Positions 58,024 to 64,000 of a stretch of 64,000 nucleotides of DNA are shown in pieces. The stretch is from the IMG/VR virus record IMGVR_UViG_3300027747_004168, one strand, 5' to 3'. This stretch comes from an uncultured virus (IMG/VR IMGVR_UViG_3300027747_004168) (taxonomy: Duplodnaviria; Heunggongvirae; Uroviricota; Caudoviricetes). The first letter of the stretch is position 1. Every line of letters starts with the position of its first letter. The notes beneath the pieces were generated by a model. That model was not told the origin of the DNA and searched no databases. It saw only the letters and a list, made by a program, of their open reading frames with translations. Both the position numbers and the translations under genes were made by a program.

Positions 58024-59643
58024 CTAGAAGGTCCGGAAGGCGGAGAGGTCGGCCGCCGCCGCCTCGTACCCCGTGGCGCCGAAGCCCTGTATGATTTCGT
58101 TGATCGAGGGGCCGTCCTGGGACGGGGACGGGTTCAGGGACGGCAGTGACCCGGTGTCCAGCCCCGCGAGGACCATCTGGTTCGGCGCGATGGGGACGAA
58201 CACGGGCGACCCGGAGTCTCCCGGCACTCCGCCGTGGCCGTACTTGTACTCGATGCCGAGTGCGGTCTCCTCGAGGAAGTCGGGTGGGATGGGTATCATG
58301 ACCGGCCCCTGGCCCGACGGGTTCCAGCCGAGCGGGGCCTCGACTGCCGCGGGCGTCTGGTCGGCTGGGAAGAGGGCGGAGTCCCAGGTCTGGTTCGTGA
58401 GGTTCTCCAGCAGGTGGGGCTGCGCGTTCTTCTCCTGGTCGCAGAGGATGGAGAAGCATCCCGTGAAGGGCGCGGACGCGTCCGCGCTCCGGTAGTGGCC
58501 GTCGTTCCTGTAGTACACTTTTTGGCCGGCGGCGGGGAAGTGGTCGCCGAGGTCGGAGCCGAACGCCGGGTAGACCGCTATGTCGTCGGGGACGTCCTCG
58601 TCGAGCATGGTCATGCCGAAGTCGCCGGGGGCCGTGTACCTGGCCTGGATGGTCCGCTCCACGACGAGCCCCTGCCTGGAGACGAACCTCACGGTGGCCC
58701 CCACGGCCGGCGTGTAGTTGGCGTGCTTGGCGTGGACCATGTGCCTCTTGGTGACGAGGGTGCCCGTCTTGGTCCTCCTTGTCCAGGAGTCGCTGTCGGA
58801 GTTGTACACGCTCACCCCGCTGAAGTCGAAGTCGTAGAAGAACGGGTTCGCCCTGTACTTCGGCGGGCCGAACTCGATACCGTCGTTCGTCTGCGGCGAG
58901 CCGACCCACCTGCCGTCGTTCTGTATGATGTAGACTTCGTTCCTGCGGAGGGCCTCGAAGCCCCCGAACCCGGAGCCGTTGTGCTTGAACGGGTTCCACT
59001 TGAGCATCCGGTTCGGCGAGGAGGACTTGTCGATGTACACCTTGTTGGCCGCTTCGGGGTGGGACAGGTTGTAGTCCGCGAGCGACGCGTACTGCTGCGG
59101 GCCGTCTATCACCACGACGTCCTCGGTCGGGTCCAGTCCCCACGACGGGTCGTAGTTGATGTCCCCGGAGGGGAACGCGAGCCTGCCCTGGGTGGCCGAA
59201 AGGAAGCATCCGAGCGAGCTGGCCCCGAGCGTGCCGGGCAGGTAGCCCTTCATGATGTGGATGGCCGGCCTCGTGGCCGAGCCGAGGGAAAGTTCGCGGG
59301 TGAGGTAGGTTCCGCCCCTAGCCTTCATGGCGGCCCTGCAGGAGCCGCCGGACTGCCTGGTCACCAGCCCTTCTTGGTCGACGGACGCGACCTGCTCGTC
59401 CGTGGCGGAGTACTCGGCCGGCGGTGCGGCTCCGCCCTCCCACACGGGGCTGACCTGGTAGGCGTCCTCGAAAGTGGTCTCGGAGAGCAGGTCGCACAGC
59501 TTGTCGTGGAACTCTACGTCGGCGGTCAGCGAACCCCCGCCGACCTCCACCCTGGAGGCCTCCACTTCGAATCCCGACAGCCTCTCCGTGTCCTTGGGAA
59601 CTATCTTCTTGTTCGGGTCTTCTGAGGGCAGTATCGAGGTCAT
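58024..59643 (-). CDS. Ig-like plus trypsin-like serine protease domain protein, probably virion-associated
   Basis: YSATDEQVASVDQEGLVT (BIG2); GTLVTKRHMVHAKH, DFGM, GDSGSPVF. Confidence 0.75.
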   Translation of the reverse strand: MTSILPSEDPNKKIVPKDTERLSGFEVEASRVEVGGGSLTADVEFHDKLCDLLSETTFEDAYQVSPVWEGGAAPPAEYSATDEQVASVDQEGLVTRQSGGSCRAAMKARGGTYLTRELSLGSATRPAIHIMKGYLPGTLGASSLGCFLSATQGRLAFPSGDINYDPSWGLDPTEDVVVIDGPQQYASLADYNLSHPEAANKVYIDKSSSPNRMLKWNPFKHNGSGFGGFEALRRNEVYIIQNDGRWVGSPQTNDGIEFGPPKYRANPFFYDFDFSGVSVYNSDSDSWTRRTKTGTLVTKRHMVHAKHANYTPAVGATVRFVSRQGLVVERTIQARYTAPGDFGMTMLDEDVPDDIAVYPAFGSDLGDHFPAAGQKVYYRNDGHYRSADASAPFTGCFSILCDQEKNAQPHLLENLTNQTWDSALFPADQTPAAVEAPLGWNPSGQGPVMIPIPPDFLEETALGIEYKYGHGGVPGDSGSPVFVPIAPNQMVLAGLDTGSLPSLNPSPSQDGPSINEIIQGFGATGYEAAAADLSAFRTF

Positions 59644-60425
59644 TTTGTCCTCTGGACTTCGATCAGGCTACCCTCGCAGATGAAAATGCCGCCGCCGTCG
59701 TTTGATCCCCATCCGCACCCGACGGTGATGGAGTCGCCTTGGTTCAGGCTGAAGAAGAACTCCGACTCGAACACGAATACGTGTTGTTCGCCGGGGGCGT
59801 CGATCCACACGACGGGCGAGCCGCAGATAAACTCGAAACCTGGGAACCAAGCCGACTCCATCCGCTTGTCGTAGGATTTCTTGGGGGCGTTGTTGGGTCC
59901 GTATTGTTCGATCTGGTACATTCCCATCGAAATGACGGGCGAGAGCATCGAGTCCCAGCCGTAGACGTACGCTATGGGGGAGGAGGCTTGCGATAAGAAT
60001 AAGGCCCTGCATGATCCCCTGTATTGGCAGCCGCCCTCGTCGGAGCAACCGATTGTCAGGGCGAGTGTCTCGTCGAGGTCGGCCTCGTCGTAGCTCAGCC
60101 CGGCCGTCCTCGTTGTTCTCGTCAGCCTCTGCTGCATGCGGGTCTTGCTTTGGACTTGCACCCCCCCGAGGTTGATTCCGTCGCCGACCCTGAGCGTCCT
60201 TTCGTCGGTGACGTACGCCAGCTGCCCGAGCGGCAGCACGTATGAGTCTATGACCTGTTGGGCGTCTGATCTTATGGCTACGTTGGCCTCGATGGCGTCC
60301 GGCAGCGAGCTCTCGACGAGCTGGGCCATCGTGATCTTCTTGGTGGAGCCTTCGTTGACGACGGGGACGAAGTCCTGTCTGTCTGGGTTGGTCACCGCCG
60401 ACAGTTCCGAAATTCTTTGTTCCAT
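59640..60425 (-). CDS. putative tail/fibre structural protein
   Basis: RISEL..D.VPVV..TKKIT; LGQLAYVTDERTLRVGDG; TAAATA upstream. Confidence 0.65.
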   Translation of the reverse strand: MEQRISELSAVTNPDRQDFVPVVNEGSTKKITMAQLVESSLPDAIEANVAIRSDAQQVIDSYVLPLGQLAYVTDERTLRVGDGINLGGVQVQSKTRMQQRLTRTTRTAGLSYDEADLDETLALTIGCSDEGGCQYRGSCRALFLSQASSPIAYVYGWDSMLSPVISMGMYQIEQYGPNNAPKKSYDKRMESAWFPGFEFICGSPVVWIDAPGEQHVFVFESEFFFSLNQGDSITVGCGWGSNDGGGIFICEGSLIEVQRTK

Positions 60426-60430
60426 GGTGT

Positions 60431-60436
60431 TATTTA
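60431..60436 (-). promoter_or_regulatory. T4-like late promoter core TAAATA
   Basis: 5 nt upstream of ATG60425; TAGATA/TATATA variants before ATG 60694, 52909 and 2225. Confidence 0.55.
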
Positions 60437-60487
60437 CACCTTTCGCTCGCTCAAGCGGCGGTATCCGAAGAATTTTTTGTCCGACCG

Positions 60488-60694
60488 CTACCAGTGGCGG
60501 ATTATGTTGGCGATCACGAACCCGCAGGTGACCAGGTTGGCGAGGACGAGGAACAGCCTGATCCAGAAGGAAGCCATGGCCTCGTCGACGGTGAGCCTCG
60601 GCAGCTCTGGCGGGTCCTCGTCCCTTGCCCCTATCCTGTGGTCCAGGGCCCTCGCCAGCACCATGACCCACTTGCTCCTTATGCTTTTCCCCAT
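60488..60694 (-). CDS. small membrane protein
   Basis: ARALDHRIG...IRLFLVLANLVTCGFVIANIIRHW; AGGAGG RBS. Confidence 0.7.
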   Translation of the reverse strand: MGKSIRSKWVMVLARALDHRIGARDEDPPELPRLTVDEAMASFWIRLFLVLANLVTCGFVIANIIRHW

Positions 60695-60831
60695 GGCTTC
60701 GTTCCCTCCTATGTTATCTAGCGCCTCGGCCGCGGCGGCCGAGCGTCGTCGGAAGAAATCGCGCCGGGTGTGGCGCCGACGGGGGGTGGCCGCCGCGATA
60801 CGGCCGGGTGCCCGGTTTTAGTACTCCGCAA

Positions 60832-61095
60832 TCATGCGCAGGCTGGCAGGCTTGGGGAGCAGACGTCGTTCGGGGTGGTGGTGGTGCAGGTGTCGTTGTT
60901 GGGGCCGCCAACGCCGCAGCAGTAGGCCCCCGTGCCTCCGGTGCCGATCGCCACGGGTAGCGTGGCCCGAATGTCGGACATGTACTTGTCGAGCTCCTCG
61001 TCGGAGACCTCGACGGATTCGATCTCGTAGAGTATCTGCTCGTCCGTGATCCCCAGCACCCTTTCGGTCTCTTCGGCAGTGTTCAGATGAGGCAT
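60832..61095 (-). CDS. putative RiPP precursor (87 aa; acidic leader, Cys/Thr/Gly-rich core)
   Basis: GGAG RBS; EVSDEELD leader; core GTGGTGAYCCGVGGPNNDTCTTTTPNDVCSPSLPACA. Confidence 0.65.
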   Translation of the reverse strand: MPHLNTAEETERVLGITDEQILYEIESVEVSDEELDKYMSDIRATLPVAIGTGGTGAYCCGVGGPNNDTCTTTTPNDVCSPSLPACA

Positions 61096-61736
61096 GGTCT
61101 TGATGGCTCCAGAATGTATGTTGCGAACTGCGTTTGGTGTTCCGGCCCGATTTTCGGCTGTCGGGGGGCGCCCTCGGGAGGGGCCGAGAAGAACTCTTCC
61201 ACGTATTCCGTATATAAGCGTTCCTCGAGCGTTTTGAGCCTGGAATCTCGGAAGCAGCGCCTGTAGAACCCCACCGGGTCGTCGAGGTGGAGGGCGTGGA
61301 TGCCCCCGAGGTCGTAGAAGAGGTGGCAATACGCCTTGTTCACGCCGAAGAGGTGCGTGCCGATCCTCGATATCCGGGGGTGGCACAGGGCGAACATCCT
61401 CCCCAGCGGGTAGATCCTCCTCCTGCACTCTGCGAGGAGCCTTTTCGCGTCGTCCTCCGTGGGCATGTGGTCGATGACGTCGTACAGCACGACGAGGTCG
61501 TAGGCCTTCGAGATTCGGCCGACTTCGCTGGCGTGTGCGTCGTCGCACCCCTCAAGCCACTTCGAGAGGCCGTTGGGCTCCAGGTGGACGTTGAGGATGG
61601 ACTTGTATTCCTTGAGCTTCAGGCTCGAGCTCAGCATCCTCCACTTCCCTATGGACGCGAGCTCGGGGTCGTCTCCGAGGTATCGCTCGTGGATGGCCTT
61701 TGGCCAGTCCTTGTGGAGTTCAGGATTTTCCGCCAC
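61083..61736 (-). CDS. class I SAM methyltransferase-like protein (degenerate motif I)
   Basis: YDLVVLYDVIDHM; LAECRRRIYPLGRMF. Confidence 0.7.
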   Translation of the reverse strand: MAENPELHKDWPKAIHERYLGDDPELASIGKWRMLSSSLKLKEYKSILNVHLEPNGLSKWLEGCDDAHASEVGRISKAYDLVVLYDVIDHMPTEDDAKRLLAECRRRIYPLGRMFALCHPRISRIGTHLFGVNKAYCHLFYDLGGIHALHLDDPVGFYRRCFRDSRLKTLEERLYTEYVEEFFSAPPEGAPRQPKIGPEHQTQFATYILEPSRPCLI

Positions 61737-62922
61737 AAGCGCTCGCCTTGACGTTCGAGGTCAGGATGTCCCTGGACGCCAGCTCGTCCACCATTTCCTT
61801 CAGCCCCGTCATGTTGCAGTACTTGCTCGGCTCTTTCGCGGTGAACTCGCTGTTCTGGCATCCTCCCCAGCAGTACGCCACCACGGGGCACTTGTCGGTG
61901 CAGGTCTTGTCCTTGAGTATGTTCAGCCTTCCCCGGATCTTCGCCTCGTAGTGTCGCTCTAGCGACTCCATGTCGTACGAGGTTCCGAACTCCGCCAGCT
62001 TCAGCGGCTCGGCGTCCGACAGGCCGAAGTAGTCCCCGACGATCTCGTTCTTGGAGTTCACGGTGAACAGGCCCATGTACCTGTAGTCGCAGCACATCCT
62101 CTTGAACATTTTGGGCGTCTTGAGGCAGTCGAGGTATATCTGGTCCGGCTCGGGGTTCTGCCTCGTCGGGTAGCAGGTGCCGTATATGATTTTCTTCACG
62201 CCGATCTTGAGCAGGCTTTTGAAGAACTCCCTCTGCTTCTCCGGGTCGTACACTTCCTGCTGTATTGCCGCCTGGACGGTCATCCTCTCGCCCATCCCCA
62301 GCTTGACCAGCCTCGCCAGGTTGCAGAATGTCCTTCTGTGCGGGTTGACCGACTTGTCGGCGGACTTCCGCTGCCAGTTGTGCTGGTCTTCGAGTCCGTC
62401 GAGGCTCACGTCGACGTAGGACATTGACAGCAGTCTTACGGAGTCTGCGTCGAGGGGCAGGGCGAGGTTCGTGGTCAGCGAGCAGTTCACGTTCTCCTGG
62501 CCGAACTCGCCGATTAGGCCTTCGAGGATTTCTAGGCACTCGCGGGCCTTGATGAGGCACTCCCCGCCCAGGAATGAGACGTTGAACTTCCTCGTCCCGT
62601 ATCTCTCCTTGTGGGCTCGGCAAAGCCTGACGAGGTCTGCTGGGTCTATCTTGCACTCGTCTCTGGCCTTGAGGAGTCCCAGCACGCAACAGTGGTTGCA
62701 CCTCAGGTTGCATTCCCACGTCGGCAGTATCCTGAGCGACAGTTCTTCTTTCGGCGGGCTGAACAGCCTCCTCTCGAGCGATTCCCCCTCCTGCCCCGCG
62801 AGGAAGAGTCCGTCCTCGAGCTCGTCGAGCGGCGCGTCCTCTGGCAGGCTCTGCTGCGTCATGGTGTTGTAGAGGACGCCCTCCGTCCTGACAACGTACC
62901 TAGATGTCAAATTATGCAGCAT
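61720..62922 (-). CDS. radical SAM/SPASM protein
   Basis: CNLRCNHC, FLGGE, TTN, VSLDG..HNWQR; C-terminal CTDKCPVVAYCWGGC..C. Confidence 0.92.
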   Translation of the reverse strand: MLHNLTSRYVVRTEGVLYNTMTQQSLPEDAPLDELEDGLFLAGQEGESLERRLFSPPKEELSLRILPTWECNLRCNHCCVLGLLKARDECKIDPADLVRLCRAHKERYGTRKFNVSFLGGECLIKARECLEILEGLIGEFGQENVNCSLTTNLALPLDADSVRLLSMSYVDVSLDGLEDQHNWQRKSADKSVNPHRRTFCNLARLVKLGMGERMTVQAAIQQEVYDPEKQREFFKSLLKIGVKKIIYGTCYPTRQNPEPDQIYLDCLKTPKMFKRMCCDYRYMGLFTVNSKNEIVGDYFGLSDAEPLKLAEFGTSYDMESLERHYEAKIRGRLNILKDKTCTDKCPVVAYCWGGCQNSEFTAKEPSKYCNMTGLKEMVDELASRDILTSNVKASACGGKS

Positions 62923-63995
62923 ATGTTGTCCACCACCCTGCTTTTGTCGAAGCCCTTCCAGAACGTCGGATACTTGTATCTCCCAACAAGATAAGAGCGA
63001 TAGGGCATGTATTTCGCCTCGCGGCCTTTGAGGAATGAATTTATCTCGGCCCTGTCGTCCTCGGGCAGTCTGTTCTTCTCCCCGTGGTCGAACATGTCGT
63101 GGTATATGTGGAACACCCCGGGTTCCGCCTCTATGAACTGCATGTTCAGCATTCGGGATTTGATTTTGGTTATGAGCTCATGCCCCGAGAGGTATTCGCC
63201 GTCGATCATGGGCCTTTGCTTGTAGTGGGGTACGAACCTGTATTCGCATCTGGTCCTCCCGCACCCGCACGGCTCGAATCCTCGGACCTCCATGATGTCC
63301 GACTTCTTGAACGATGCCTTGGTCAGGTTCAGCAGGTTTGTGACTCTCCCGCCCCTCTCGGACCATATCGGCACTATGTGTCGTCCGCCGTGCTCGCACT
63401 CGTGGAAGTTGACGCCGGTCTTCCAGTCCACCATGCGGTCCAGAGCGTTGATCCTGCGCTTGTCGTAGAAGGCGTCCCAGCAGGACGAGAATATGCGGGC
63501 TTTGCCGGCCGCGAAGTACTCGGCCAGCGTGTCGTGGCATCCCATCATCATGACGACGTTGGGGAACGCCTCCAGCACCGCATCCCCCCTTTTCTCGAGC
63601 CTTCCGAGTAGGTACTCGGCGCCCTTTTCGCACGTGAGGTCCGCGAAGATCGAGTCGCCCAGTTCGGCGAACCGTTCGACCTGGTAGAAGTCGAATCTGC
63701 AGTTCAGCATGACGCGTCTCTTGCGGGACCGCCTCTGTCTCTCCTCGAATCCCCTCACCACATGGGTGCAGTTGGGGCCGAACGCGTATTCGGACTCCTC
63801 TTGGCCGGACCCGTTTGATTTCATCTGGCGCGCCTCCACGGGCTTGCGGAAGCCGCGGTGGACCTCCTCCATTTCGGCCATGTCTGACTCGTAGTTCGAG
63901 AAGTCGTATTCGAATGCGTTGTCCAGGAACTCCTCTGCGGACTCCCTGTCCAGCCTGTCTAGGTATCGGCGGTAGGACTCTGTCATCGCCGACAT
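62907..63995 (-). CDS. phenylacetate-CoA ligase/CapK-like adenylating protein (divergent)
   Basis: KSNGSG (TSGSTG-like), FHECEHGGRH, VTNLLN, PCGCGRT. Confidence 0.55.
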   Translation of the reverse strand: MSAMTESYRRYLDRLDRESAEEFLDNAFEYDFSNYESDMAEMEEVHRGFRKPVEARQMKSNGSGQEESEYAFGPNCTHVVRGFEERQRRSRKRRVMLNCRFDFYQVERFAELGDSIFADLTCEKGAEYLLGRLEKRGDAVLEAFPNVVMMMGCHDTLAEYFAAGKARIFSSCWDAFYDKRRINALDRMVDWKTGVNFHECEHGGRHIVPIWSERGGRVTNLLNLTKASFKKSDIMEVRGFEPCGCGRTRCEYRFVPHYKQRPMIDGEYLSGHELITKIKSRMLNMQFIEAEPGVFHIYHDMFDHGEKNRLPEDDRAEINSFLKGREAKYMPYRSYLVGRYKYPTFWKGFDKSRVVDNICCII

Positions 63996-64000
63996 AGCTT

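Noticed and set aside
60714..60834. Selenocysteine readthrough of the precursor's TGA
   Set aside because: Downstream in-frame sequence is not peptide-like; no SECIS or sel genes recognised
60832..61548. 238-aa ORF as given in the ORF track
   Set aside because: The first ~150 aa overlap the methyltransferase in another frame; the likely start is ATG61095 with a GGAG RBS
1..64000. Alternative genetic code (stop reassignment)
   Set aside because: TAA, TAG and TGA all end recognisable genes, and coding density is high under the standard code

Overview
This GC-rich 64 kb window looks like part of a large (jumbo-type, T4-like late promoter) bacteriophage genome. The host may be a planctomycete, inferred from a captured 'ESLETRSMMA' LEPRxLL-type calpain gene. 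Bases ~2.2-55.5 kb are a nearly unidirectional (+) array of more than 100 small genes. About 80 of them (hand count) are headed by a fixed-spacing bipartite motif, CCTC(T/G)AAG(G/A)AAC-N11-GGA, sometimes preceded by a covarying stem-loop. The array holds two expanded paralog families, MoxR-AAA/VWA, TilS, GNATs, PcfJ-like, WGR, sulfotransferase and four tRNAs, two of which are split by group I introns. Repeat clusters with A/C-to-G/T skew flips at ~1-1.7 kb and ~55.7 kb look like replication origins. The (-) strand end (55.9-64 kb) carries ParB-like, ART-like and virion-type genes. It also carries a translationally coupled operon (PaaK-like ligase, radical SAM/SPASM, methyltransferase, 87-aa Cys-rich leader/core peptide) that resembles a phage-encoded RiPP system. 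All calls come from motif reading only; no database searches were run.
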